Source of the DNA: Limisphaerales bacterium | Lineage (GTDB): Bacteria > Verrucomicrobiota > Verrucomicrobiia > Limisphaerales > JAYTXL01 | DNA length: 64,000 nucleotides | Direction: 5' to 3' | Assembly (NCBI GenBank): GCA_046593035.1 | Contig: JBKJSC010000265.1 | Location: 2,816 to 66,815 of the forward strand | Shown here: positions 30,639 through 40,407 of the stretch, one piece after another | How positions within the stretch are numbered: the stretch's first letter is position 1 | Layout: each line of letters starts with the position of its first letter | Notes under the pieces: model-generated | Told to the model about the DNA's origin: nothing | Database searches by the model: none | What the model saw: only the letters and a program-made list of their open reading frames with translations | Position numbers and translations under genes: made by a program

Positions 30639-32165
30639 ATGTTAGCCAAGGTTTGTTCCGCCGCTGTCAATGGCATCGAGGCGTACCCCGTCGAAGTGGA
30701 AGTCAACGCCGGCTGGGGCGACACGTTCATCGTCATCGTCGGACTGCCCGACGCGGCGGTGAAGGAATCGCGCGACCGCGTGAGCACGGCGATCACGAAC
30801 TCCGGATTCAAGTTCCCGATGGGCCGCACCACGATCAACCTCGCGCCCGCCGACGTAAAGAAGGAGGGGCCGAGCTTTGACCTGCCCATTGCCGTGGGCA
30901 TGCTGGCGGCGAGCGAGCAATTTGTTTCGGATCAATTGGAAAATTTCGTGATGGTCGGCGAACTCGCGCTGACTGGCGGAGTGCGTCCGGTCAAGGGCGT
31001 TTTGCCCATCGCCCTGCGCGCGCGGGCGGAGGGCAAGGCCGGCCTGCTCGTGCCCAAGGACAACGCGCCGGAAGCCGCCGTGGTCACGGGCCTGCAAGTC
31101 ATCCCGATCCAGAACCTGCGCGAAGCCGTCGGTTTTTTGGAAGGCGAGGTGAAAATCGCGCCAACGAAAATCGACATCACGCGAATCTTCGAGCAGCCGT
31201 CCGAGGAGGAAGCGGATTTCGCCGAGGTGAAGGGCCAGGAGTCGGTGAAGCGCGCGTTGGAAATCGCCGCTGCGGGTGGTCACAACGTCCTGCTTATCGG
31301 CCCGCCCGGCACCGGCAAATCGATGCTCGCGAAACGCCTCGCCACCATCCTGCCGCCGCTCATGCTGGAAGAGGCGCTGGAGACGACGAAGATTCACAGC
31401 ATCGTCGGCCTGCTCGCGCCGGGACAGGCGCTGGTCACTCGCCGACCGTTCCGCGCGCCGCATCACACGGCGAGCGACGTCGGACTCCTGGGTGGGAGCA
31501 TCAATCCGACGCCCGGCGAAATCTCTCTCGCGCATCACGGCGTGCTTTTTCTGGACGAATTACCGGAATTCAAACGCAGCGCGCTCGAAACCATGCGCCA
31601 ACCGCTGGAGGACGGTTACGTCACGATTTCGCGCGCCGCCGGGACGATGACCTTTCCGTCGCAGTTCATGCTCGTGGCCGCGATGAACCCGACTCCAGAC
31701 GGAAAAATGCCCGGTGAATCCAAGAGTTCACCGCGCGAGATTCAGAATTATTTAGGCCGCATTTCCGGGCCGCTGCTCGACCGTATTGATCTGCACGTCG
31801 AAGTGCCGGCGGTGAAGTTTCGCGAAATGTCCGGCGACAAAACCGGCGAAACCTCGGCGCAAATTCGTGAACGCGTCATCGCGGCACGGCAACGTCAGCA
31901 AGCCCGTTTCCAAGACAAACCCAAAATCACTTGCAATGCGCGGATGGGCAGCCGGGAACTGAAGAGCTATTGCGAACTGGACGAGGCCACCAAGGATTTG
32001 CTGAAGTGCGCGATGACCGACTTGAATTTCAGCGCCCGCGCTTATGACCGGATTTTGAAAGTGGCGCGCACCATCGCCGATCTCGCCGGCGCGGACCACA
32101 TCGGCTCCGACCACATCTCCGAGGCGATTCAATACCGCTCGTTGGACCGGCAGATTTGGACATGA
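30639..32165 (+). CDS. YifB/ComM family Mg-chelatase-like AAA+ ATPase
   Basis: N-terminal Lon-like domain, Walker A GPPGTGKSMLA, GVLFLDELPEF, and C-terminal ARAYDRILKVARTIADL. Confidence 0.9.
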   Translation: MLAKVCSAAVNGIEAYPVEVEVNAGWGDTFIVIVGLPDAAVKESRDRVSTAITNSGFKFPMGRTTINLAPADVKKEGPSFDLPIAVGMLAASEQFVSDQLENFVMVGELALTGGVRPVKGVLPIALRARAEGKAGLLVPKDNAPEAAVVTGLQVIPIQNLREAVGFLEGEVKIAPTKIDITRIFEQPSEEEADFAEVKGQESVKRALEIAAAGGHNVLLIGPPGTGKSMLAKRLATILPPLMLEEALETTKIHSIVGLLAPGQALVTRRPFRAPHHTASDVGLLGGSINPTPGEISLAHHGVLFLDELPEFKRSALETMRQPLEDGYVTISRAAGTMTFPSQFMLVAAMNPTPDGKMPGESKSSPREIQNYLGRISGPLLDRIDLHVEVPAVKFREMSGDKTGETSAQIRERVIAARQRQQARFQDKPKITCNARMGSRELKSYCELDEATKDLLKCAMTDLNFSARAYDRILKVARTIADLAGADHIGSDHISEAIQYRSLDRQIWT

Positions 32166-32204
32166 AGCGCCGTAGTTCCTGACCGCTTGACTTGAGCGCA
32201 ACCC

Positions 32205-33056
32205 ATGGCCAATGCTCGCCGCATGAAATCCTTTCTCCCAGTTGCCCGCTCAGCGGCACAATGCCTCTGGTGGCGTTCGCTTGGCCTCGCTTTGATTTGC
32301 TTTCTGACGTTCAACGGTGTCGCCGCCGACAAACCTGCCGCGACCAAGTCCCCGCTCAAGGCGCTGTTTCTCACTGGCGGCGGCTATCACGATTATCAGA
32401 AGCTGGCCCCCCATTTGACCACCAACCTCAGCGCGCTGGCGAACGTCAGTTTTGATGTGAGGTTCGACATGGACGTGCTCAAGGAGGAACACTTCGCCGA
32501 CAAATATGACGTGCTCGTCTATGACCTGTGCTTCGACGAAGCCGACGGCGCGTTGCTCGATAACGCCGTCAAAGCCACCCGCGCCGGCAAACCGACCGTA
32601 ATGATCCATTGCGCGGTCCATGCCTTTCGCCGCACCGACCGCGTGAAGGAATGGGAGAACTGCTGCGGTATGAGATCCAAGGTGCATGACCCGTTCCAGC
32701 CGTTCGGGACGGAAAAGCTGGAGCCGGCCCATCCCGTGACGAAAGCCTGGCCTGCCGATTGGAAGACGCTGGGCGACGAGTTGTATCAAACCATCGAGTT
32801 TCTGCCTGGTTCGCAATCGTTGTTGAAAGTGAAAAGCCCCAAGGACGGGCGGGAGCACATTGTTTGCTGGACCAGCAACTACGGGAAGGGCCGTGTTTTC
32901 GCCACCACGCTCGGCCACGACATGACCACCGCCAAGGACGCCGATTACTTGCAGTTGCTGGCCAACGGACTCCTGTGGGCGTGCGACAAGCTGGATGCCA
33001 ACGGTAAACCCAAGCCCGGTTTCGCCGCCACGGGGTCCAAAACGCTCAAGCGATAG
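32205..33056 (+). CDS. ThuA-domain (trehalose utilisation-like) protein, secreted
   Basis: Signal peptide, KALFLTGGGYHDYQK, HCAVHAFR and ATTLGHD. Confidence 0.75.
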   Translation: MANARRMKSFLPVARSAAQCLWWRSLGLALICFLTFNGVAADKPAATKSPLKALFLTGGGYHDYQKLAPHLTTNLSALANVSFDVRFDMDVLKEEHFADKYDVLVYDLCFDEADGALLDNAVKATRAGKPTVMIHCAVHAFRRTDRVKEWENCCGMRSKVHDPFQPFGTEKLEPAHPVTKAWPADWKTLGDELYQTIEFLPGSQSLLKVKSPKDGREHIVCWTSNYGKGRVFATTLGHDMTTAKDADYLQLLANGLLWACDKLDANGKPKPGFAATGSKTLKR

Positions 33057-33177
33057 GGCCGCCCGGCCGGGCCGCCCCCGGCCTGTATGCGTGTTTGGCC
33101 CGAAAAATTCCCCTTGCAAACCAAAGCACCTGGGTTAGTTTTCGCCCGTTAGGAACAACACAAAACAAAAGGTAACT

Positions 33178-33549
33178 ATGCGCAGAATAATCAAATTATC
33201 ATTGGGATGCGTGGCCGCCATTGCGATGGTCGGCTATGTCTCCGCCGCCAAAGTTGAAGCGGCCAAGGACAGCACGTTCGAGAAAATCCAAACCACCACC
33301 GTCGCGGATCCGAAGATTTCCGAGGGAAATATTTCCCTGGATGTCTCCGGCATGGTCTGAGGTGTCAACTGTGTCAAAAAAGTGCAGTCTGCACTTCTCA
33401 AAGTCCCCGGAGTGATCAAAGCCGACGTCTCCATGCCCAACAAGGCGGAAGTCAAATACGACAAAGCCAAAGTGAAGCCGGAGCAATTGCTGGCGGCCGT
33501 CAAGGCGGCAGGTCCGTACAGCGCGAAAGTCGTGCCAGCCAAGAAATAG
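33178..33549 (+). CDS. Exported MerP/CopZ-like heavy-metal-associated (HMA) domain protein, predicted selenoprotein (TGA 33358-33360 read as Sec)
   Basis: The 60-aa ORF ends ...ISLDVSGMV-TGA. The same frame continues GVNCVKKVQSALLKVPGVIKADVSMPNKAEVKYDKAKVKPEQLLAAVKAAGPYSAKVVPAKK-TAG. Joined, this is a ferredoxin-fold HMA domain with the TGA at the first Cys of GMxCxxC. The total is 372 nt in frame. There is a signal peptide at the N-terminus, a hairpin 20 nt after the TGA, and a strong terminator after the TAG. Confidence 0.7.
33381..33395 (+). promoter_or_regulatory. Candidate bacterial SECIS hairpin for the HMA selenoprotein
   Basis: AGTGCAGTCTGCACT is a GUGCA/UGCAC stem with a small G-U-containing loop. 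It starts 20 nt downstream of the in-frame TGA. Confidence 0.5.
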
Positions 33550-33571
33550 TCTGCGCAGCCTGAAATGTGTT

Positions 33572-33608
33572 CAGCCGTTCGCCCTCGGGCGGACGGCTGT
33601 TTTCTTTT
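33572..33608. terminator. Rho-independent terminator (bidirectional position between the HMA gene and mdh)
   Basis: CAGCCGTTCGCC-CTCG-GGCGGACGGCTG is a 12-bp stem with one G-U pair, followed by TTTTCTTTT. Confidence 0.8.
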
Positions 33609-33685
33609 GCGCCAAGCCTGATTGAAGCGAAGGCGTTTTCCTGCGGGTGCAGATTGGCCAGTTCGTCGTCGGAAATATATCGGAG

Positions 33686-34678
33686 TTATGCCTTCGCCAG
33701 CAACTCGCCCACCATCGCCTTTTCTTCCTTCAATTCATTCACCGTCGCGTCGATCTTCGCGCGGCTGAATTCGTTGACCGGCACGCCCTGGACGATTTCC
33801 AATTTCTGGCCGTTGCTGCGGACGGGGAAGGAGCAGATCAATCCCTTCTCGATGCCATAGCTGCCGTCGGAGTTCACACACACGCTGTGCCAGTCGCCCG
33901 CTTTCGTGGAATTGCAGATGGACGCCACACTGTCCACCACGGCGCTGGCCGCGCTGGCGGCGCTGGATAATTTCCGCGCTTCCAAAATCGCCGCGCCGCG
34001 CTTTTGCACCGTGCTGATGAATTCGCCTTTCAACCACGCCTCGTCCTTCACGAGGTCCGTGACGGGCTGGCCGTTGATCTTGGCATTGTAAAAATCCGGA
34101 TACTGCGTCGCCGAATGATTTCCCCAGATGGCGACGTTGGTGATGGCGGTGATGTCCACTCCGGCTTTCCGCGCGAGTTGGAACTTAGCGCGGTTTTCAT
34201 CAAGGCGGGTCATGGCAAACCAGCGCTCTGCCGGGATGTCTTTCGCGTTGTTCATGGCGATGAGACAATTCGTATTGCATGGATTGCCGACGACGTGAAT
34301 GCGCACGTCACTGGCGGCATTGCGTTGGATCGCCTGTCCTTGGCCGACGAAAATCTTGCCGTTGATGCCGAGCAAATCCTTGCGTTCCATCCCCTGTTTG
34401 CGCGGTACGCTGCCGACGAGCAACGCCCAGTTCACATCGCGAAACCCTTCATCCAGGCTCGCCGTCGGCACGATGCCTTTGAGCAACGGGAAGGCGCAAT
34501 CGTCGAGTTCCATCACCACGCCGTTGAGCGCGGGAAGCGCCGGTTCGATTTCCAGCAGGTGCAGGATCACCGGCTGGTTCGGGCCGAACATCGCGCCGGA
34601 AGCGATGCGAAAGAGGAGAGAATAACCGATCTGACCGGCCGCGCCGGTGACCGCCACGCGAATAGGAGTGTTGCTCAT
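33686..34678 (-). CDS. mdh: Malate dehydrogenase (LDH-like type 2)
   Basis: [22 protein letters not shown] and IWGNHS. Start at ATG 34678 (MSNTPIRV). The long upstream extension of the ORF is rejected. Confidence 0.9.
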   Translation of the reverse strand: MSNTPIRVAVTGAAGQIGYSLLFRIASGAMFGPNQPVILHLLEIEPALPALNGVVMELDDCAFPLLKGIVPTASLDEGFRDVNWALLVGSVPRKQGMERKDLLGINGKIFVGQGQAIQRNAASDVRIHVVGNPCNTNCLIAMNNAKDIPAERWFAMTRLDENRAKFQLARKAGVDITAITNVAIWGNHSATQYPDFYNAKINGQPVTDLVKDEAWLKGEFISTVQKRGAAILEARKLSSAASAASAVVDSVASICNSTKAGDWHSVCVNSDGSYGIEKGLICSFPVRSNGQKLEIVQGVPVNEFSRAKIDATVNELKEEKAMVGELLAKA

Positions 34679-34940
34679 AAAATAAAAAGTTAAGGCGGGC
34701 GCAGTATAGGAGTCCCGTTTTGGCGGAAGCAAGCGGAAGGTTGCGCCCCGAATAAACCCGAACTCCGATGTCGGCAGATTACACACGCCCCGGAGCGGAA
34801 AACGGCAAGAGCGTCGGGCGCGCTCCCCCGCCACGAAAGAGTCCGGATAAAGGGTAATGAAAGCTCCGGTTTTTGGTGGACCAAAACCCCTTGCCACCAA
34901 ACCGCGAATACCGGCATCCTGTTTCGCACTTAACGAAAGA

Positions 34941-35717
34941 ATGCTTATGTCTTCACTCGCTGGAAAATTAGGGATCGTCTTCGGCGTCGCCAACAAACGC
35001 TCCATCGCCTGGGCCATCGCGCAGGCGTGGCACAAGGCCGGCGCGCGGCTCGCCTTCACTTACCAGGGCGAACGCCTCAAGGAAAATGTCGAGGAACTCG
35101 CCGGCACCTTCGGCCCGGACACGCTGATCCTGCCGTGCGACGTGACGAAGGACGAGGACATCGCCCGCGTGTTCAGCGAGGTCGGCGCGAAGTTCGGCAA
35201 GCTCCACCTCCTGCTCCACTCCGTCGCCTATGCGCCGAAGGACGCGCTGGAAGGCGAGTTTGTGAACACCAGTCGCGAGGCCTTTCGCGTGGCGCACGAC
35301 GTGAGCGCCTATTCACTCGTCGCGCTCGCGCGTGGGGCGGCCCCGCTCATGACCGAAAGCGGCAGCATCGTGGCGATGACGTATTACGGTTCCGAGAAAG
35401 TCGTGCCGCACTACAATGTCATGGGTGTGGCCAAGGCCGCGCTCGAAGCCAGCACGCGTTATCTCGCCTACGATCTCGGCCCGAAGAAGATTCGCGTGAA
35501 CTGCATCAGCGCCGGCCCGGTCAACACGCTCGCCGCCCGCGGCATCGCTGGCTTCACTGACATGCTCAAACACTACGAGGCCCATGCCCCGCTCAAGCGC
35601 AACATCCTCCCGGACGAACTCGGTGCCACCGGCACTTTCCTCGCCAGCGACGGTGCCGCCGCCATCACGGGACAAGTGCTCTACGTGGACTGCGGGTATC
35701 AGATCATGGGGATGTAA
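34941..35717 (+). CDS. fabI: Enoyl-[acyl-carrier-protein] reductase (NADH)
   Basis: [27 protein letters not shown], and Y...MGVAKAALE catalytic Tyr/Lys spacing. Start at ATG 34941 or 34947. Confidence 0.9.
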   Translation: MLMSSLAGKLGIVFGVANKRSIAWAIAQAWHKAGARLAFTYQGERLKENVEELAGTFGPDTLILPCDVTKDEDIARVFSEVGAKFGKLHLLLHSVAYAPKDALEGEFVNTSREAFRVAHDVSAYSLVALARGAAPLMTESGSIVAMTYYGSEKVVPHYNVMGVAKAALEASTRYLAYDLGPKKIRVNCISAGPVNTLAARGIAGFTDMLKHYEAHAPLKRNILPDELGATGTFLASDGAAAITGQVLYVDCGYQIMGM

Positions 35718-35779
35718 GGGCTGCACTTTTGGTGGGGTGATTTCCTAAGCCTGCGAATTTTAACTAGAATTGCCACTTC

Positions 35780-37021
35780 GTGACTCCGCGCAAACCCGCC
35801 CTTGGCTTCATTTTCGTCACGCTGTTCCTAGACATCCTCGGTATCGGGCTGATCATCCCGATTTTGCCGAAGCTCATCGAGGAACTCTCCGGCGGCAACG
35901 TCTCGGCGGCCTCAAGCACGTATGGCTGGCTGGCGGCGTTGTATGCGCTGATGCAATTTTTATGCGCGCCGGTGCTCGGCAGTTTGTCCGACCGTTTTGG
36001 GCGACGCCCGGTGATTCTCGGCTCACTGCTCGGTTCCGCGCTGGATTATCTGCTGCTCGCTTTCGCGCCCACGCTGCCGTGGTTTTTTCTGGGCCGCATC
36101 ATTGCCGGCATCACGGGCGCGAACATCACCGCCGCGAGCGCCTACATCGCGGACATCAGTCCACCGGAAAAACGCGCGGCGAACTTCGGCATCATCGGCG
36201 CGGCGTTCGGCCTCGGCTTCATCGCGGGGCCGGCGCTGGGCGGTTTACTCGGCAGTTACGGATTACGCGTCCCGTTCTTCGTCGCCGCCGGTTTGACGGC
36301 GGTGAACTGGTGTTATGGATTGTTTGTCCTGCCGGAATCGCTCGCACTGGAGCATCGTCGCGCGTTTAGTTGGGGCCGCGCGAATCCGGTCGGGTCGCTG
36401 CTGGCGCTGAAACGTTTTCCCGTCGTGCTCGGGTTGGTGGAAACTTTTTTCCTCACGAACCTCGCGCATCAAGTGCTGCCCAGCACCTGGGTGCTCTACA
36501 CCGGTTATCGCTATCATTGGACGCCCAAGGAAGTCGGCGCGTCCCTCGCGGTCGTCGGCATCATGGCAGCCATCGTGCAAGGCGGACTGGCGCGAAAAAT
36601 CATTCCCAAACTCGGCGAGCGCCGGTCGATCATCCTGGGGCTGATCAACGGCACCATTTTCATGACGGCCTACGGTCTGGCGACGCAGGGTTGGATGATC
36701 TATGCCCTGCTCGTCGTGGGGTCGTTTGGTTCCATCGCTGCGCCGGCGATCCAGGGATTGATCTCGCGCGGCGTGCCGCCGAACGAACAGGGCGCGGTGC
36801 AAGGCTCGCTGTCCAGCCTCGCGAGCGTCGCGGGATTCATCGGGCCGCTCGTGTTCACGGGGTTGTTCAGTTTCTTCATCAGCCCGCGCGCGCCGGTGCA
36901 GGTGCCGGGCATCGCATTCTTTTCCGGTGCTGCGCTGATCGTGCTGGCGTTGCTGCTCGCCCTGCGATCGTTCAAGAAGAACCACCAGCACTACGAAGCT
37001 GCCCCCGCGACGTCCGCTTGA
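35780..37021 (+). CDS. MFS transporter, TetA/TCR-like drug:H+ antiporter family
   Basis: GTG start. [16 protein letters not shown] and [14 protein letters not shown] (MFS motif A). 12 hydrophobic segments. Confidence 0.8.
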   Translation: MTPRKPALGFIFVTLFLDILGIGLIIPILPKLIEELSGGNVSAASSTYGWLAALYALMQFLCAPVLGSLSDRFGRRPVILGSLLGSALDYLLLAFAPTLPWFFLGRIIAGITGANITAASAYIADISPPEKRAANFGIIGAAFGLGFIAGPALGGLLGSYGLRVPFFVAAGLTAVNWCYGLFVLPESLALEHRRAFSWGRANPVGSLLALKRFPVVLGLVETFFLTNLAHQVLPSTWVLYTGYRYHWTPKEVGASLAVVGIMAAIVQGGLARKIIPKLGERRSIILGLINGTIFMTAYGLATQGWMIYALLVVGSFGSIAAPAIQGLISRGVPPNEQGAVQGSLSSLASVAGFIGPLVFTGLFSFFISPRAPVQVPGIAFFSGAALIVLALLLALRSFKKNHQHYEAAPATSA

Positions 37022-37111
37022 AAATGAACGAACTCATCCGTTGCCCCTGGCCGAAGACGGAAATCGACATTGAGTATCACGAGGCGAGTTGTTTTCGCCA
37101 CGGAGAATTGT

Positions 37112-37213
37112 TGTAGCCGCAACCTTCAGGTTGTGAACCGGGATTTATCGTAAACCGAGCCTTGAGGTTGCGATTTCACGTTGCGCTGGCGCAGACTGAA
37201 GCCTGCGGCTACA
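37112..37213. repeat. Palindromic intergenic element (TGTAGCCGCA..CTTCAG family)
   Basis: TGTAGCCGCAACCTTCAGGTTG (37112-37133) pairs with CAGACTGAAGCCTGCGGCTACA (37192-37213). There is an internal related copy, CCTTGAGGTTGCG. Confidence 0.7.
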
Positions 37214-37221
37214 GTACCGGG

Positions 37222-38103
37222 ATGGCCGAGCAAACCGTCCAGATCAAGAGCAGCCTCGCCGCCGTGCAAGATCACGCGCGGCAGTTCTCCGATTTTACCT
37301 TCGTCTATCCCGTCATCTCGCGGCGTTCGCGCGGGCTGTCCATCGGCATCAATCTGAATCCCGACAAAGTCTGCAACTTTGACTGCATCTATTGCGAGGT
37401 GGACCGAAAAATTCCCGGCAAAGTGTCGAAGGTGGACTTGAACCAGATGCGCGACGAGCTGGCGGCGATGATTCACTTTGCGCGCGACGGCGGACTGGCC
37501 AAGGAACCGAAGTTCAACGAACTGCCGCCGTTCCTCACGCGCACCATCAAGGACATTGCGTTCAGCGGTGACGGCGAGCCGACGATGATTGCCAATTTCA
37601 CCGAGTGTGTGCAGGCCGTAGCCGCCGTGAAGCGGGCCGAGGGTTTGGACAAGACGAAGATCGTCCTCATTACTGACGCTGCGGGGTTGGACAAGGCAGA
37701 CGTGAAGCGCGGCTTGGAAATCATGGACGCCAACAACGGCGAAGTCTGGGGCAAGCTCGACGCGGGTACGGAAGGATATTTTCATCTCGTCAACCGCACG
37801 ACGATTCGCTTCGACCGCATCTTGCACAATCTGCTGGCTACAGCGCGCACGCGGCCCATTGTGATTCAAAGTCTGTTCCTCAAAGTCCACGGTGAAGCGA
37901 TGCCGTCGGTGGAATTGAGCGCGTACTGCGATCGGCTCAATGAAATCGTCCACGGCGGCGGGAAGATCAAAGAGGTTCACGCCTACACCATCGCACGCCC
38001 GACCCCGGAAGTGTTTGCGATGAAATTGAGCGCGGAAGAATTGAACACCCTCGCCGAAACCGTGCGCCAAAAGACTGGATTGCCGGTGCTGACGTTTGAC
38101 TAA
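37222..38103 (+). CDS. Radical SAM domain protein
   Basis: CNFDCIYCEV (the CxxxCxxC cluster motif) early in the protein. Start at ATG 37222, because the upstream ORF extension lies in a palindromic repeat. Confidence 0.75.
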   Translation: MAEQTVQIKSSLAAVQDHARQFSDFTFVYPVISRRSRGLSIGINLNPDKVCNFDCIYCEVDRKIPGKVSKVDLNQMRDELAAMIHFARDGGLAKEPKFNELPPFLTRTIKDIAFSGDGEPTMIANFTECVQAVAAVKRAEGLDKTKIVLITDAAGLDKADVKRGLEIMDANNGEVWGKLDAGTEGYFHLVNRTTIRFDRILHNLLATARTRPIVIQSLFLKVHGEAMPSVELSAYCDRLNEIVHGGGKIKEVHAYTIARPTPEVFAMKLSAEELNTLAETVRQKTGLPVLTFD

Positions 38104-38109
38104 TTGACA

Positions 38110-38604
38110 ATGAAGCGAGCGCGTTACTTCGGGTTTTATGCTTTGATGTTTCTGCTTTGGCTCGCGTTGTCTGGCTGTGGTGGCGCCTACCAAGAACTTC
38201 AATTCACAAGCAAACAACCCAAGCTCGCCGACGTAGCGGGTGTGTATGTGCCCGACGCAAACACACTCAAATTCATGGCACGCGAGGGAGGATATTCGAT
38301 TTCCAAGCATGAAATCACCCTGCTAACGAACGGGATAATTTTATTATTTAACATGCCTGATTGGTGGACGAACGGATTCGGAGAATCGAACAAGAAGCTC
38401 GAATCCACCAATGGCACTTGGGCGTTGGAAAAATCCAGGAACAATTGGCAACCAGTTTTGAAATTTGGTGATGGTGTCAATATGGGCATCCATTTAGTCG
38501 GCCAAAGTCCACCCTACAAACTACACATGTATGTCGGGGATCCCGACAGTGGAGTGTACATGCTCTTTGAGCGTGTCCGTGACGTTTTGCCTGCGGGCAA
38601 ATGA
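38110..38604 (+). CDS. Hypothetical lipoprotein (lower-GC gene)
   Basis: MKRARYFGFYALMFLLWLALSGCGG has a lipobox LSGC. The body is visibly more AT-rich than the neighbours. Confidence 0.6.
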   Translation: MKRARYFGFYALMFLLWLALSGCGGAYQELQFTSKQPKLADVAGVYVPDANTLKFMAREGGYSISKHEITLLTNGIILLFNMPDWWTNGFGESNKKLESTNGTWALEKSRNNWQPVLKFGDGVNMGIHLVGQSPPYKLHMYVGDPDSGVYMLFERVRDVLPAGK

Positions 38605-38631
38605 ACTTCGTCACGCAATACGTCTGCTAAA

Positions 38632-38958
38632 TCACGGCCGGGCGGGCGGGACGTTGGTGGCCGGCTCTTGAAAGCGGATGACGGTTTCGCCGGGTTTGGC
38701 GTAGCCCAGTTTTTCCCGCGCCAATCGCTCGACAGTTTTCGGATCGTTCCGTAGCGCGTCGTTGGAGGTCTTCAATTGCCGCAACTTTTCCGCCTCTTGC
38801 TGGATGGCCTTCTGGATGCGCAGGTCTTCCTTTCGCATCCGCTCGTTTTGTTTGATGAGCGGCAGATACCAGACGGCCACACCGAGGATCACCGCCGCGA
38901 GCAGCAGAAAAATGATCGCCTTGGTAAGCTTGTCCCAGATGCCAAGGTCAACGTTCAT
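38632..38958 (-). CDS. ftsB: Septum formation initiator (FtsB/DivIC family)
   Basis: A single N-terminal transmembrane segment, then a coiled coil (RMRKEDLRIQKAIQQEAEKLRQLK) and LAREKLGYAKPGE. Confidence 0.75.
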   Translation of the reverse strand: MNVDLGIWDKLTKAIIFLLLAAVILGVAVWYLPLIKQNERMRKEDLRIQKAIQQEAEKLRQLKTSNDALRNDPKTVERLAREKLGYAKPGETVIRFQEPATNVPPARP

Positions 38959-39004
38959 GGCTGGCAATAAATCAGGCGGTGCCGGAAAACGAAAGCGTAA
39001 AAAC

Positions 39005-39364
39005 TCATTTCAACACCCGTTTCCACTCTTTCAATTTGCCCTCCTGGTCGAACGTCAGCCGCAGGAACATGTCGGGAGAGGGAGTTTCGCTGTAGCGCTG
39101 CATCAGAAAACCCGGGGAGCCTTGGATGTAGCCGTGGCTCTGACCGCGATACTGCAGCCATTCGTTCACCGTGGTGCCGTCCGTCAATGCGGCCGCTTTG
39201 TCCGGCGGGCCGAGTTCCGTCACCGCCTGGTCGAAGGTGAACGTGCCGACGCGCGCCGCCCAGTCCACCTTGGGAGTGGTCGCGCAGCCGGACACGAGAC
39301 AAGCCAGCAAGACCGGCGCGCTCAAGCGGCGCAACCAGCGGAAGAAAGATTCAGCGAGTTTCAT
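39005..39364 (-). CDS. Hypothetical lipoprotein
   Basis: MKLAESFFRWLRRLSAPVLLACLVSGCATT has a lipobox. 119 aa. Start at ATG 39364. Confidence 0.6.
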   Translation of the reverse strand: MKLAESFFRWLRRLSAPVLLACLVSGCATTPKVDWAARVGTFTFDQAVTELGPPDKAAALTDGTTVNEWLQYRGQSHGYIQGSPGFLMQRYSETPSPDMFLRLTFDQEGKLKEWKRVLK

Positions 39365-39369
39365 AAGGT

Positions 39370-40338
39370 TCAAGCTCGGGGATGCGCGGCATCGTAGGCG
39401 CGTTTCAAACGTTCCGTGGTGAGATGGGTATAAACTTGCGTCGTGACCAGATGCGCGTGGCCGAGCAACTCCTGCACGCTGCGCAAGTCCGCGCCGGCGT
39501 CGAGCAAATGCGTGGCGTAGCTGTGCCGCAGTTTGTGCGGTGTCAAATGCGGGTCGAGTCCGGCGAGGGCGAGGTAGGTTTTCAAACGGCGGGCCAGCAT
39601 GATGCTGCTCACAGGCGTCCGCTTTTTGGTGTGGGAAAGAAAGACCGGCGAATCCCCTTGCGGTGGCTGTGGCAGCGTGCGCCAATAGTTTTTAATCGCC
39701 TGCAACGCGGGTTCGCCGATGGGTGACAGCCGTTCCTTTTTGCCTTTGCCGCGCACGCAAAGCACCCGCTCCGCCCAATCAATGTCTGTGGTTCGCAGGC
39801 CACTCAATTCGCTCACGCGCAGGCCGCAGGAATAAATGGTTTCCAGTACCGCCAGGTCGCGGAAGCACAGACTGGCGGACAACGGACGGCCCGGCGCTTT
39901 CTTCTCCTTGAGCAATGCCAGCGGCTTCATCGGTGCGTTCAGCAAGTCCACCATTTGTTCGACGGTGAGAAACTTCGGCAGCCGTTTTTGCAGTTTCGGC
40001 AGCGCGAGATTTTTGATGGGGGAGGTTTGGAGTTCGCCACGACGGATGAGAAATTTGTAGAAGGATCGCAGCGCGCTGAAGCGCAGTTGAATCGATGCAC
40101 GACCGCACTCGTGCCGACCGAGGAAGCGCAGGTAAGCGCGGAAATCGTCGCGTTGCAACCTTGACCAGACTGGTGCTTGCTGGCGTTCCGTCTTGTGCCA
40201 GCGACAAAACTCCGTCAGCACCTGCCGGTAATTTCGCTGCGTATAAGGTGACGCGCCACGATCGATGGCCAGATGCTGCAGGAAACTTTCCACCGATGAA
40301 TCGGAGGGTGCGGTTTCAATTGTCAGCGGCTCGGCCAT
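39370..40338 (-). CDS. xerC: Tyrosine site-specific recombinase XerC/XerD
   Basis: N-terminal SAM-like domain (FLQHLAIDRGASPYTQRNYRQVL). Catalytic R...HKLRHSYATHLL...LGHAHLVTTQVYTH. Confidence 0.85.
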   Translation of the reverse strand: MAEPLTIETAPSDSSVESFLQHLAIDRGASPYTQRNYRQVLTEFCRWHKTERQQAPVWSRLQRDDFRAYLRFLGRHECGRASIQLRFSALRSFYKFLIRRGELQTSPIKNLALPKLQKRLPKFLTVEQMVDLLNAPMKPLALLKEKKAPGRPLSASLCFRDLAVLETIYSCGLRVSELSGLRTTDIDWAERVLCVRGKGKKERLSPIGEPALQAIKNYWRTLPQPPQGDSPVFLSHTKKRTPVSSIMLARRLKTYLALAGLDPHLTPHKLRHSYATHLLDAGADLRSVQELLGHAHLVTTQVYTHLTTERLKRAYDAAHPRA

Positions 40339-40407
40339 GCGGGCAGCTTACCGCGCAAATGGGAAAAGCCAAGCCGTGAACACGGCTGTCCGCTGTTCGC
40401 CACGCAG

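Noticed and set aside
33057-33100. GC-rich hairpin GGCCGGG-CCGCC-CCCGGCC after the ThuA gene as an intrinsic terminator
   Set aside because: The stem is good but no T-tract follows, so I did not call it as a feature.
34679-35059. Long N-terminal extensions of ORFs. Examples: mdh 33686-35059, aminotransferase up to 16615, SCO up to 60667, DLH up to 49985, cmk from 7595, glnB from 10515.
   Set aside because: The extensions are low-complexity, overlap promoters, repeats or neighbouring genes, and precede an internal ATG that reproduces the canonical family N-terminus or a signal peptide.
39370-40338. XerC-like recombinase as a marker of an integrated mobile element or phage
   Set aside because: There are no flanking phage or transposon genes, no adjacent tRNA or direct repeats, and the GC is normal. 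The neighbours are housekeeping genes (ftsB, lipoproteins). It is most likely the chromosomal dimer-resolution recombinase.
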